The notes beneath the pieces are model-generated. The model worked only from the letters and a program-made list of their open reading frames with translations, searched no databases and was not told the DNA's origin. This document shows positions 37,442-51,201 of a stretch of 64,000 bases of DNA, in pieces (positions within the stretch are counted from its first letter, which is position 1; every line of letters begins with the position of its first letter). The DNA is from Tubulanus polymorphus (taxonomy: Eukaryota > Animalia > Nemertea). The position numbers and the translations under genes are program-made. Where the stretch lies: the NCBI RefSeq assembly GCF_964204645.1, contig NC_134034.1:5802914-5866913 (forward strand), given 5' to 3'.

Positions 37442-39637
37442 TTTTCGTCAATCAATTTGACTGACGAGTAATTTGCCGGTCATTTCATTGTCTCTTAAGA
37501 TATCGGTCTAATTTTTGTTGTAATCAACGCACAACAGATTTGTAGTTTGTTTGATACCTATAACACCTCACCTGACGATCTTAATCCATGTGCAAATCGG
37601 CCGTAAAGTGAGAGTATATTTCTGTCGAGTCAACAGCGGCCATTTTGAAAACTTGTGGAGGGTGCTGGCACCTGTGGACTGAGGCCAGGACAACAACACA
37701 AACTAACGAAAAGAAACAATGAAATTGAAAAAATTAAGAAATCAACACTAATTCATACTTTTCTTCAACCAGAATTTATTATTTCATTATTTATTATGGA
37801 AACCACGAAGATTTGATATAAATATTGAAAAACCATCAAAAATACAAATTTTCGTTTCGTTTTGGAAGTTTTATTTAAATCCTTGTAGGTTTCCTTGTCT
37901 ATCATGCCACATGTAGGCCTATGCAATACACAGAAATGGCAGCCAATGGTGGAATTTGTGGAAAAATTAATTAATTTCTCAAAATAATGTTGATTAATCG
38001 CTCGAAACATACATGAAATTGGATTATTTCGAAAGGTACCTGTGTTAGTTTGTGAATAAAGCCATTAATTGTGGACTGAAGTAAATAGAAAGTATATTTT
38101 TGAAGTGTTACTTTTTGGTTTACCTTTGTTAGCGATATGAAGTTGGCATTGAGCCAACTTCATGTAAAATCGCGGACTTTTTTTATGTGAGCATTTGTTT
38201 CATTGGTTCTCGGGTTAAACTACGTATAATCGATGCGCTTGAAGACATGACGAACCTCCGTCGATGTACATGGTCAACTTTGTTAAAATTCTACGATAAA
38301 CTGTTTTTGGCGGGAAAATTCTTAGCTCTCGCGTATAAAATTGCAATGATCTCGATTGGGGGGCATTGTCTCTACGAGCGAATGTGATTGGCTGTTTTTG
38401 GGATATACGGGGAATTCCGGCACTACTAAAATAATTATGGGAAAGCCATAGAATGGCGAACGTTTCATTGGACTAGGTGCGATATACGTGCAAATTTCAA
38501 ATGCTCATTGCTGATGAGAATGTAATTATTATCCGCCATAGGTATTGTTTCATTTTAATACCCGGTGATTGATTTGGTTGACTCTTGAAGTGCGAGCGAA
38601 CATTCACTTACACAAGGCCTCCACGTGCGCGCGGAGTGCTATAGACTGTTGCATACACAAACACACGCTCGTACAGTATACACTACTATAGTGATACTGT
38701 AAACGCTGCTTGCTGGCGCGTCTGACATTTCATCAACAGAAGATGAGCGCTATGTTTTCTGTTTGATATAAGTTATAATAAATTGTAATTTCTTGTGACC
38801 TGAAAATATTAAGCAGCAAACTACAAGTATAGGTCGTGGTCTGAATATTGTAGTAGTAAATTCCAGGATTTAAAACGATCTAATACGCCGATTTCTTACT
38901 GCGCCGGTTTAGATTCCGCGGGCATACATTGCAAGAGGTTTCCAAGACTAAATATTCAGCCACCCTCTGATATGTGACATCATATGAATTTTGTTTGAAT
39001 AATTTTTCATATTGTGAAAAATATTTCTTTGAAAATATTAAATAGTTCCCCTGCCGCGCCTACCTGTATGTACCCTACAAAGGTATATTTTTGGTCTTAT
39101 TTGACTACAAAATAATTCTTTGAGAAAGATGGAATACAATATAGAACTTTGAAGTCACGAATTATAGGCCTAAAGATTTTTCAAGCAATGCCTTTACCCC
39201 AAACAACCTCTAGCTTTCAAGGTAAACCACACATTGCCCATGGGCAATTTATTTTAACCGTGTTTTGGCCCTTGTCATCCCTAACGTTGGTATAAGCCCA
39301 TCTGATTATAAAAAGCTTACCACCAACGATTGGGTAAATAACTACCAGAAGTAAGGATTTCAGGTTGAAAATTTCGGCGCTATTGCACTTTCGTACCCCC
39401 CTCCCAAAAATTTTTATTTCTGTATATTCTGTATATTATTAATCAGGGAGGTCTGTAGAGTCAAAATAAATTACTTTTGATCGAAATTTTTTTCCAAGTC
39501 AAAATTCTGATAATTTAGGGCCGATATCCTCGATTGAAACGACCGGTCCGCCATGTTTCCACACTAATTACCACCTAAAAATATCTGAAGAAATAGGCCT
39601 CAATAAATTGAATTGAATTGAATTGACAAAATTTCGT

Positions 39638-39960
39638 TTTTAGCCCACTTGGGACTTTAGTCCCTGTGGGCTATTGCGTACACTTTCCGTCTGTCTGTCC
39701 GTCCATTCGTCGGTAGACGGAATCCAGTTATTTTGGGAAGTTTTGAAGACGCATGAATGTAATGTCTTGATCTTGAAAAGCTTTCATTTTGAATAAAGAT
39801 GTTATGTAATTTAGCAAGGTGTTAAAATATATTCTAGTTTGGATTCTAGAATAATGCATATGGAATGGGACAAGGGATCCAGTCAGATTTGAAATTCGAA
39901 TCCAATAATTATTGCCACCTTCCATCATTTATATCCACACCCATCATTTCAGAATTGATT
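39638..39960 (+). mobile_element. Helentron-associated (HINE-like) element, second copy
   Basis: TTTTTAGCCCACTTGGGACTTTAGTCCC..GGGCTATTG followed by a (GTCT/GTCC) microsatellite. A stub also occurs at ~41315-41345. Confidence 0.55.
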
Positions 39961-41699
39961 TGGCTATGGCAACAGTTTGGTTCCAGCATGAAATACAGCT
40001 TCCTTCAAGGAGTCGCGGTTGTTACCTCATCATCGGTGAGATAGAAAAAATTCAGGATATCAAGAAAGTTAAGATTGGACTCTGTAATATATTCTGTAAG
40101 TGCAATGAAATGTCATGCAAATTGAAGGGCTAAGACCTAAGACTAACAAACAAAATCATAGGCTTCTAGTAATGAATGCATAACTTTATTTTCTACGTTG
40201 TTGAATAATACGATTAACGACAAGCCTTAGAAGTATTAGTAAACATCATGAAGAAAAGTAGCTCGTTATTCGCAGATGGGACTCCAGGCGGTAGAGTCAA
40301 GCCAGCAATCGGAGTGGTAGGTGGATCGTTGCCTGGAGAGTGTATTATAGACTCAGATGATGAGGTCACGATTAGAACTAGGGGTCCAGCCTTTCATCAT
40401 TAACGACAGTGAAGCCATAAATCTACTATACGTAATAAAAAACTTGACGGCAAAAAGGCCCGGGAAAACTATTCTCCCCAAAAAAGAACACCTCCACACG
40501 ACCTTGAACTATAGGCCCTGTACGATACCAAAAACCAGATTCGGACACCGAACCGGAATTATCATAAACTAGCAAAAAATGGTAAATCCCTTATACAAAT
40601 CAATAGGGAAGTTCAATACATACCTGACTCTAGGGGCAGCACGTACTATAGGTTCTGCAACACACTTCCTTTTTACTTCCTGGTTATAGAAATATTTTGT
40701 TTTTATGCTGTTCAATATGCCTTTGTACTGTGCTGTCCTGCTTGGGAATGATAGAAGTTTGGTTCATAAATGATCATGATGAAATAAGAAGGAAATAAAG
40801 AGATTCCAATTGGCCACAAAATATACCCTAGCTTCTCAAGAAAATCAAATGCCGCATGTCTGCATTATGAAAAACTGCCTAATCAAATGCGCTTGCACGC
40901 ATATGCAAAGCATTAATCATCTTTTTCTAATAAAAATAAAAACCCGCTGACCACACATCCTCGCTTGCCAGGGGTCCGGTATCTCTCCCGAACTCGCTTC
41001 CACCAGCCCCCTGGCCTCACGAAGCGTGATTTCATTACTGGCGCTGTTGCGCATGACGTCATATATCGATTTGCAAAATACTTCCTTGTTCAGTAAAACG
41101 TTCGCTGATTGGTCCATTTAACGGGAAAACCAATTGATGCCTAAAGTTGTTTGTTACAAGCGCTGTGATTGGTACGACCGGATTCTGGTCGGCTAGTAAC
41201 GACTCCAACGACTCGTGAGGTCAAGGGGTTTGGCGAACAGCTTTAGCGTAGTGGGTTCGAATCCCTTGACGGGTGAAGATGCTGACCACATAGCTCTTTA
41301 ATGTGTGACAGTGGTTTTTTAGCCCGCTCGGGACTTTAGTCCCAGCTAATGTCGTATTGTTTTAATCAATAGTTTGCGCTGAGCTTCGTGCCAGTGCTGA
41401 GAGATACGTACCCGAAGTGACTCGAATACATCGTTAATAAACGTGGGATCCGAACCTATTTTGATTATATCGTAAGCCAACATTCACCACTAGTTCGTAG
41501 AATTTTCGGAATTTCGATCAACATTCTACAATTGGGTCAATTAGTGTTTTAGAAACCCGGAACTCAAATTTTCGGCAACAAATGTGCGATTTCTGTCCAA
41601 ATGGTCGGCCTTATTTAAAATAAATAAAATATGACGAACTATATATCTGTATTGACTGCAATTAACTGATATCAATCTCAGTGTTGAGTTAACAAATAT

Positions 41700-42050
41700 A
41701 AACCCACAGTTAGATCTGTAAAAACAGTTTATTTTCCTTACAGTTTCGAGGCATTGCCTCAGCCTCACCATCAGCGGAACAAAAAACACAATAATGAATT
41801 ACAGTAATTCAAAATTATAGAGGTTACTAAAGAAGGGAACCAATAGCTAAGAAACAATTACAAAGATATATGAATAGGACAAATAGATACAATCATAGGA
41901 ATTATGAAGAAGATATGTTCAAACCAGATATATATATATTTATATATTTAGATAAGAGTTTGTTGTGAGGGGCGAAACCTGTATTTGAATTCACAGTATT
42001 GGGATTTTCTAAGATAATAGCTGATTCTATAATGTGTCTTTCTTTAAGAT
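41700..42050 (-). mobile_element. Penelope 3' end (GIY-YIG endonuclease C-terminus and 3' region); a second stub at ~54580-54675
   Basis: Minus strand reads LKERHIIESAIILENPNTVNSNTG. A degenerate hammerhead-like motif lies at 41712-41775. Confidence 0.6.
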
Positions 42051-43359
42051 AAAAATAGGTTTAAAAATGAAAAAAAGACCTTTATTTGAAATATTGAAAA
42101 TATAGAAATGGAATCGTCATAATTATTCAATAATCAGTCCAATCACTATCCAACAGAAAAAGTCTCTAAAGGATCAATGCACACGCTTATCAACACAGAT
42201 AATCACGATAATATCCATCGTACAAAACTAGTCTTTTTCAATCCGGCACTTATTAGTCAAATAAAAGTAGTCAGGTAGTCGGTAAACACCAATTTGGTTC
42301 CTTATAAAAAAATTATGTTGTCGATCCCAAGCAGCAAATCTGAAAGCAGAGTGTAGTTTACACTCAAAAAGCCGCAAAATTATTTACACATGATATTACC
42401 TGCGAGCAGGTCTTTCATGCGATTGCATATGATAAACTTACTCATGAATAATTTCATACGTCACCTTGAAAAATATTCTTTTAGTGTCTTGTCTGTAATA
42501 TAAAACAAGAAAGGGCTTGTGAAATGTAATGAAGGCTTTAGGCGTATCTTATACAGTCATAAATGATAACCCTGGGTGATGTTGAGTACCTTGGATTATC
42601 CACCCGATACACATCCCCTTCTCCGATACTTTATCAAAGAAGGGTAAACCTTCATTCGATAGTCTATCGCCCCATGTCATAGTATACTATATTATAGTAA
42701 CCATACTCACCGCCAGAAGGGCGCGTGGGTTAACACTACTGCGGTCGTTTATTCTGGGATTCGAACATCAACAGTATTGGTGTATTTTTTGGGGTACAGT
42801 TCAGCGTGACGTTCGGTTGTTATCGACAGATCCATCTTCTCAAGGATGATGCCTCTTTTGGACAGCCGGCATAAAAATCGTCTTTTTTAGTATTTTCGGC
42901 CTGAATTCGACTAAGATGACAATGCTGCGTCCAATCCCTGTGTACACTGGTAAGTAATGTGGCCGAGTTTTTTCTTTTCCACGCCTCATGCTCGACATTA
43001 ATGCAGGCCTACTCGTTAGCTTTATGCCTAATGTCCACCCCTCCAGTCCAATTTATGGATGCAGTGCTTCATCTAGCATTGAAAAAGGGCAGGGTGCTGA
43101 TTTCAAATAAGGGCATTTTTGTGCGTGATTCCATCGGAGCAAGGGCACATAATAACGCACTCACGTCCGTTTTAGGGGCAACCTGCAATATTCCCTATTG
43201 CATAGAATCTAGTTACCCCTACTACAATTGAGGACTAGAAACTATGTTTAACTCTGATTTTGCCATGAGTGACTCACTTGACCACAGTACATCCTTACAC
43301 CTATGCCTGTCATTGAACAAAAGTTAATCTAGATAGGGCTTTCAAAATTATTTGGAAAA

Positions 43360-44225
43360 CAGGGCTGCCAATGTCTCCGATTTCGGCGGAGTTTGCTACG
43401 GTAAAACCAGTAGAACTCCGGTGCTACATAATAATCAATTTCACTCCGGTGTTCCGTTAGAATGCCAATCGAATACGCTCACATCAATTTTGTCATTGTT
43501 AAATCCTATCCACAGAACGGTAGTCTTTGGTTTGTCCGCATGCGCAGTTATCAATAAGCGATCATGAAATGTGATAGTCGGAGGTTGGATTTAGTGTTCA
43601 CCTGTTAACATGGCGGCATCGTTGTCTGATTTGGATTTTTCGGCAAACGAATCGAATTCCGATGATGATGAAAGCGAATCGGAAGAAGGTGAAGTAACTG
43701 CGAGGAAGAGAAAATCCAAACAAGGGACTAGTAACGAACAACAGAAAAAAAAACCCGTGTCGCCAATCAAAAATTCAGTGCAGAATATACGTCCAAGTAT
43801 CTGTGCATTGTTCCATCTCAAATATCAAATAGTTATGCACTGTTAAATCACTCGCTATTTCACATCAAATACTCCAACAGCAGACGAATTGGTAACCCTA
43901 AGAGGTGATGTTTATTAATTTTTTGGTCGAACACAACATAGCTTTTGCAGTATCAGATCATGCTACACGACTCTTTAAAAAGATGTTAAAAAATCTAATG
44001 TGAAGGAGAGTTTAACAATCAATTTTTTAATAAATACAAACAGAATTTTATCATTATTTCGTGTTTTTCTTGGTATTATCTGGTCGTTTCGGCTGCTACT
44101 GACAATCAATGATTTGCTACTATCACTAGAATGTTTGATTTTGCCTGCTACTGACTGAAATAAGAAAACTACTATCAAAATTGTATTGTGTTACTACAAA
44201 AAAAATTGTGAAGTTGGCAGGTCTG
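43360..44225 (+). mobile_element. Internally deleted hAT element
   Basis: TIRs CAGGGCTGCCAA / TTGGCAGGTCTG with GGAAAAC on both sides. Acidic N-terminal ORF at 43610 and the transposase remnant FLVEHNIAFAVSDHATRLFKKM (~43920-43990). Confidence 0.7.
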
Positions 44226-47200
44226 GGAAAACCAGTTGCAGACAAAAAAATTGCAGAAAAAAGCAATCTCAAGTAGCAAATACAGCGAAAAAGAGCCAGC
44301 AATAGTGTATAGGCCTACATGAAATTGCATATTTTTAATCTTAGAAATATCAAATTAATTGGTTTAAATTGATAGTGTTAGTGATTGGCGAGTAACTGTT
44401 GATAATTGGTAAGCAGCCAGCTTAAGAACACATTATTGCTATTAGGCTACTCAAACTAATTGTCTGTGCGAGTCTCTCTGCGGGTTCACCGAACAAAGTT
44501 TTTCACCTTGTATATATAAAATTTGTCTAATAGTCTAGATAAAAAGATCCAGAGCATCACGATGTGTTCAAAACGAAACAATCCATCGAATATACACTAC
44601 CAGCTTTACAATGGCAGTCGCTAGAATGATTGGCAGTAGTTCGGAAGTCAGCCAATTTCCTGGAAACTTAAACTAGGCCACGCGTCTGAGGCACGTTTTC
44701 ACACGATGCACACTGACTGCAGTACATTTGAATATAACCACTGATCACATGAGCTACTATCGTTGATATCATACGAGATATTTCATAGCCGTCGCAGGAA
44801 ACTTACTAACAGTCGGATGCGTCGGCTTATTTTGAAAGCCCTGACTCATTACTCGTGACTGACAAGGGCAGGATGGCGGACCTATGGCAAGTGATGAGGG
44901 CACAAGGGCGAGCATGGGACACATCTGAAGGGCACAAGGGCGGCTATTTTCGGGAGCGGGGCAGACCGCCCTTCTATTTTTGGCTAGATGAAGCACTGGG
45001 ATGAGACCTGCTTCTCTGTCGCTCACTTTTAGGGGTACAACCCTCACTTAGGTCTTAACAGATTCCCAAAAATCACGGACAACAAATGAACATAAGAAGG
45101 GTTTGCATAGAGTCTCCTTTAATCTAGTCAGTAACCTGTCTGTGGTTTAGTTTCACGATCGGATATTTTCACAAACCACATCCGGTTGGTATAAGCTCAT
45201 TCGTTTGTAAAAAGCTTACCACCAACGATTAGGTAACGAACTACTTAAATCCAGTAGTGACCCACGTCACCCACCACGTCACCCACCCCTGCGACGTGGA
45301 ATTTCCTCGCTCGAGCCTAAATTGGAAAGCGGAATAAACGGACACCGCCTGTCACCCGAACGGGATTGCACTACGTTCCGCTGGACTCTATCCGTTCCGA
45401 GAGCGAGCCTCTACGCAGACCATGGACGCTTAGACCAAATCCACGGTTTTACTACCCAACATACTCATACGAAAAGGTCAATATAATTTTACGTACTGCG
45501 ACAGCAGCTTTTATTTAACCACCAACATACGTCATGCTCAAAGACAGGATAGGTTCATACTCTGCAAATGCTTACATACTTAGAAAAACAACGAAGACGA
45601 CAATAGCTTATAAAGATATCAAGAGCAAACGATTATTAGACCCGTGTTAGATATTTAAGTATGAAGGGGGAGAGAAGATAAGACGCAATACATAACGATA
45701 CGAATCAATCCGTCCCTAATACATAAGTATTGACGGACTATAGTTCAAAGATCCTATAGCGGAAATGGAAACACGACCGAAACCCGTCTTGTAATACATA
45801 AGTATGGACGGTAGCTATAATGCTTAAAGCTTAAGGCTTACAGCCTTATATATACACAATAAACAGTAATTGAATTCGCCGTAATACATAAGTATTAGCG
45901 AATAATAATGCGTAGGCCAACAACGTATTTACAATAGCAGGGATTCTGTGGGCGTAAGGCCCTTGATTTTCAACTCGGAAAGAAGGAACAGAGACGAACG
46001 GGTGCAAGACCCGAAACGCCGCCAGGCGGCGCTGTCCCCGGACCGACTTACATCGTTAAAGGATGATCTCCGAGTAACTGACTAAACTAAAAAACCGTGC
46101 GTCTTATATTCATGCATTGCCGACTTTGATGTGTTGCATCACTCCGCGACGCTTCGCTGGTCGCTCAACAATGGCCGTCGAGGTAGATGTGCTTCTTCCC
46201 ATTCTTCCATGTCGCTCTGCTGCCGGACTATGTCGTCTACTTGCCGATGCCATATATCATTAAAAAGCTTAGAACTTTCGCTTTCTAATGGTGTGAAATG
46301 TGTGGAGGATCGTCCATTCGTAAAGATTAATAAGGTCTTCAAGGCGGTCGTCATGCGTGACCGCGTTCAGGACCGTCGATTCAATCGTCGAAATCATCTA
46401 CTGGATTTGTAATATTGAGGATTATATAAGGACGTTAACTTCGTGACTAGAAATTAGGGTGATAACTTATAATGATAGCCATAAGACATCGGTGTAGAAA
46501 CTTAAACTTAAGCGAAGAAGCCTCTGAAATAACTTGCAACAAGTGACAAGCGAAATATTTCTAATTGCAGCAAGTTTAATTGGGCATTTCAAGACAATCT
46601 GAAAATGTTTTTGGGGTATTGGATTTCAAGTTGCATTCATTCAAAAAAACAAACCAAAAGATTTTTTCTGTAGATTGACCAATTTTCTGTGTTAAACTCT
46701 TGTACAGACTTTCACTAAGCATGCATTTCTAGGGCTCTCATTGGTTTGGCATACATGTACTTGCAGTAAACTTCATGTTTTTAGTTCAATTTTCTGCAAT
46801 AGATAATTCAATAAATAATAATAAGTACTCACTCTGGATTCCAGGTTGGATCAAAATATTCGTCACATTCCATCTCGTCTTCATTTTCAGATTCAGAATC
46901 AGTAGAGTCATCATGGAATATAGGCCTATTATTAGCAGCTTGAGTTTGCGTAGAACCTACTGATGTGCTGCATACACATTATACCCCTATTTGACGTCTT
47001 TCCTAAAATCAAATTACATCAAATTTGCAGCGTTCTACTTCGAATTTGTTAGATATCAATCAAAAAGTAAAATAACAGCCATAATCAAAAACTTACAATT
47101 ATTGTCTGCATTCCAACAGTCCGTATCGGAAGCGCATAGTCATCGATGTTGATGATTTGTCTTAATGGTGTGACAGTAGGCGTATTCAATTCAGGAGAGG

Positions 47201-47278
47201 TGCAACTCGAAACACTAACAGGAATGAGATTGTTTTTCGTATCTTCATAATTCTCATCATATGATGTGCTTTCAACAT

Positions 47279-47965
47279 CTTGTGTGCTTGTGCTCGGAGT
47301 TGTTGCCGAAGGGAACAATTCTTTCATAATCTGGATTGAAAAGTAATGGAAAAAACTTTATTGTTTCGACTTCGTAGAAAAGTCAATACAACAGCCACGC
47401 TGATGAAAAAATTTAAGGCCTAAGCCTACGTACCATCGTTTGGCTACTTATAACAATATTGCAAAAAAATTACCTTGATTCTATCTCTTTTTTCTACTGC
47501 AGAGGTGTTCCGCTTTCCTTTGTCAGAATCAGATGTCTTAGACTTAGAAGGCAAATTAAACAACGTCGGTACTACTCCCTTCTTCAAGTAACACCTCGCT
47601 GGTGTGAAGCCGATTGATTTGACTTGTGTGTTTGTGCTCGGAGTTGTTGCCGAAGGGAACAATTCTTTCATAATCTGGATTGAAAAGTAATGAAAAAAAC
47701 TTTATTGTTTCGACTTCGTAGAAAAGTCAATACAACAGCCACGCAGATGAACAAATTTAAGGCCTAAGCCTACGTACCATCGTTTGGCTACTTATAACAA
47801 TATTGCAAAAAAATTACCTAGATTCTATCTCTTTTTTCTACTGCAGAGGTGTTCCGCTTTCCTTTGTCAGAATCAGATGTCTTAGACTTAGAAGGCAAAT
47901 TAAACAACGTCGGTACTACTCCCTTCTTCAAGTAACACCTCGCTGGTGTGAAGCCGATTGATTTG
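47279..47965. repeat. Near-identical 344-bp tandem duplication inside the THAP gene
   Basis: 47279-47621 is repeated at 47623-47965. Confidence 0.9.
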
Positions 47966-48168
47966 GCCACAGAGGGAGGGATGACAAAACAGTCGTCAGT
48001 AAAATGTGCACCACATAGTGCTGAATGTTTTGTTGGCTTCCAGTCTTTCCTTCCACAAGCATTTATCCGCTGCTGACATCGTTTTTTCTCTTAAGGGAAT
48101 AAATGAAAGCTCACTTCTGTGGCGGACGCGGTTCCATTACTGCAACCAAAGGCCGCGCAGTATACCAT
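47818..48168 (-). pseudogene. THAP zinc-finger exon of a probable Kolobok-like transposon (end at 48749, followed by TTAA)
   Basis: MVYCAAFGCSN...FHLFP*...DWKPTKHSALCGAHFTDDCF...LKKGVVPTLF with one in-frame stop. The terminus reads TTAA|AGATCATAT on the minus strand. The other end was not found. Confidence 0.8.
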
Positions 48169-48779
48169 GATGCAGTCACCCGACAAACAGATTATTAATT
48201 AGATGAAACAGTGATGAAACGAGTGATTAAAAGCGTTAATAATGAACGAACGTAGTAGCGAATATCGCGAGAATGAATGTGGAGTGGTACTGGTAGTATC
48301 TATTTACTTCCTGGTTTGATAATCTCGCGATATTTGTATCCTACTGCCAACTAAATTCGAACTGTAAATGAATTCAAAATAAGACAATGAACAATCTATA
48401 TATATTCCTTTATTTATCCACTATAAATATTTGATTAATAATTGACTTTTAAGGATAAGTATCGGATGGGTATCGATGCCTCGGTTCCCCGAAGTGTTAC
48501 ACTTCTATGTTTCAACGCGAGCTCTGATCTGCTGTTTGTCGGAACCTACGTCACAGTTCGAGCGCCACCGCCAATTAGTGACGGTCAGAATTGGAACTAA
48601 CACTTTAAAGCAAAACGTTTTTAAATGACCATTTTTCAGACAAATATCAATATAAATGCTACCACAATCTTTCAGGGTTTTAAAATGATATCTAATAGGT
48701 TATCACAAAGCATAAAACCGCTGAGTCCGGATTAGAGAGCATATGATCTTTAAGATGCTGTTTCTTCATAAATACATAC

Positions 48780-49857
48780 CATCATTTGGTTTCTTTCCGG
48801 AGTTATTTGCTAAAAAGAAAAGGAAAAACTCAATCATTTTTTAAAAACAAAACTTCATGTATGTGATTGTTATTAACTGAATTGAAGACTGCGTACCTGA
48901 TTTCCCCTTTTTCTTTTTGTCATAGGATCTGTTGAAGAAAAGAAATGATAATTAAGCCTAGCAATTCAATAATATCTCATTTTATTATATTTTAAACATT
49001 AATAAGAATACGTACCTCTGATGATCTCTGCAGCATCTGAATCTACAACGAGAAACAAGATAATTTATCCTAATATTACTAACTAACATAGGTTGTTAGC
49101 TTATAAGACAAAAAGACTTAGTTGTACCTTCAGTGGCTTCTGGGCACAGAAGTTCTTCAGTTGGTGACTGGGCTTCTTCATGGCTCATACTATCAACTAA
49201 TAAGAAATAATACTAACATTATCCATCAGTTTCAATTCCATTAAAACATATCAATTGATTTAGAAATAACGGAGTAATGCATTACTTGGAAAAAAGCACA
49301 TTCTATTTGTGATATAAGGCAAGAAAAATTGATAAAAGTTGATGCAACTGGCCACATATCTACTCTGTATATTATGTATCTACTCTTTATTTTTACTTTT
49401 TTCGAAACCATGATCAAGGTAACAGACCCGGCAGTTACAGAACTGATTACAAATTTTATTGCAGAGGACAAACAAGATATCAATTTTTTGCCTTATAAAA
49501 CACAATAATGCTGGCCTTGCTGCTTTGAAATATTTCTTTAAGCATGTATAGACTACCATTAATTATTTTCCTTTTCTTGATTCCAGTTTTGCTTACTGAA
49601 AGAGAAAAATTTGTTTATTGATTATGTGCAATACATTATTTTTTCATCAAAGACTGCATAACTTAATGTTAAAAACCGTACCTGATTTCCCTGTTTTCTT
49701 TGTGACAACTTCGGCTTTTCTTTTTGCCATATTAGGTTCAATCGAAGAAAAGAAAGAATAATTCAGCCTAGCAAATCAATATCTTTTTTGCTTAAACATT
49801 TATAAGAATACAAACCTCTGATGATCTCAAGCGGCCTAAACTCTGCAGCATCTGAAT
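48780..49857 (-). other. Seven microexons (27-69 nt), mostly symmetric phase 1; gene identity unknown
   Basis: AG/GT-bounded exons with pyrimidine tracts: 49816-49857, ~49682-49738 (acceptor mutated), 49557-49595, 49128-49196, 49016-49042, 48897-48928 and 48780-48809. Confidence 0.65.
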
Positions 49858-50449
49858 CTACAATGAGAAACAAGATAATTTTCCCCAATTTTACCAACTA
49901 CCATAGCTTGTTAGTTTATGAGACAAAAAGACTAGTTACAACAATCAATGATAGTACACAGACACAATATAATAAAATACATCTTTTAAAAAGCATCACA
50001 CTTCTAAAAAGAAAACTAACGTTGAAAGTTTGTTGATGCCTTGAAAAATACACATATGTATTACCAAAAATTCATAGTCTTAATGAATTTTTGGTATTAC
50101 GTAATATTGTCGACAATGAATGATAAAATATATAATATGGATACAAGCAAGGATCAGTGAAGTTATTTTCGTTTTGGATATATCGATAATTGCATTGAAT
50201 TAACGGGCAACTAGTCTAATGTCTATTTCAACCTGACTTGAGAACGTATCAGGCGGCCTTGCTCAGTCAGTTTTGGTGTACATAGACCTACCTGATAAAA
50301 GTCTTCTTAGGACCAGAATGCACTGGCAGTCGACCTAAAACAATGGACTAAAAACAAACATTGCATTTCTTGCCAAAATAAACCACATTATAAATTATAA
50401 TGAATTATATATTGTGTACAATCAAAATTTTTTTTAAAAACCAAAATAT

Positions 50450-51180
50450 TTACACCATCATCAACTTTGGATGTATCACAACATCTCAAAACATAGTAAT
50501 CTACATTGCCTTTGTCTAATAGTATTGGTCTCAAGATTTGTGGGGTAGAATGACTCCTTCCTGCATTCTTTTTACGAACCAATCCAAAATTAGCATCAGC
50601 AAACACCAAGTTTACCACTATCCTAGAAAGATGAAAATTGATTCAAAAAATATTTCAGAATACAGAAGACTCTGTCATCCGGTAATCCATTCGATCAAAA
50701 TGAAGGTCCAAATGGTCCCGGTTAAGGCAGAGTCTATTTTATATGGCAAACCAGTGTAAGAAATGCAGCCAGAAGCCTATCTCAGGACAAGCCAAGCACC
50801 GCTTATAAGTGTAAGATGTTCACAACAGATATTCCTCACAAACTATCAATCTAAATCTACTCAGACTCTCACTTGTCAGCAGTCTATACAACTGCAAGAT
50901 CTATATAATAATACACATCAAATTTTTAGTTAACAATGAAATATAGACAGGAGATGTGTACTTGGGGTGTATTACTTTACGTGGTCAAGTGAATAAGCAT
51001 TAATCACAGCACAAGTGTCTGCAAATGCTCTTGCTGATAGTTGACCTTCTATTTGAGAGTCGTAAAGTTTGAGGAAATCAAATGATGCAGCGTATGTTGG
51101 CTGGGAAGGAGATGCAGGCCACAACCGATGATTGGTCAAAGCTATTGGTAGACTTTGACATTTGCAGTGTTGAACTTTTT
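50450..51180 (-). pseudogene. KDZ (Kyakuja-Dileera-Zisupton)-type transposase fragments
   Basis: CxC-like HCKCQSLPIALTNHRLWPASPSQPTYAASFDFL..EGQLSARAF (~51000-51160) and FADANFGLVRKK (50388-50618). Confidence 0.65.
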
Positions 51181-51201
51181 TGCATCACATTGACCTATTA
51201 A

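Noticed and set aside
42592-42705. Inverted match to ~53820-53925 as TIRs of one 11-kb element
   Set aside because: No defined termini or TSD; better explained as two dispersed fragments of a common repeat.
45195-46450. Possible solo LTR
   Set aside because: The ends only loosely match TG...CA and I found no convincing TSD or PBS, so it was not called.
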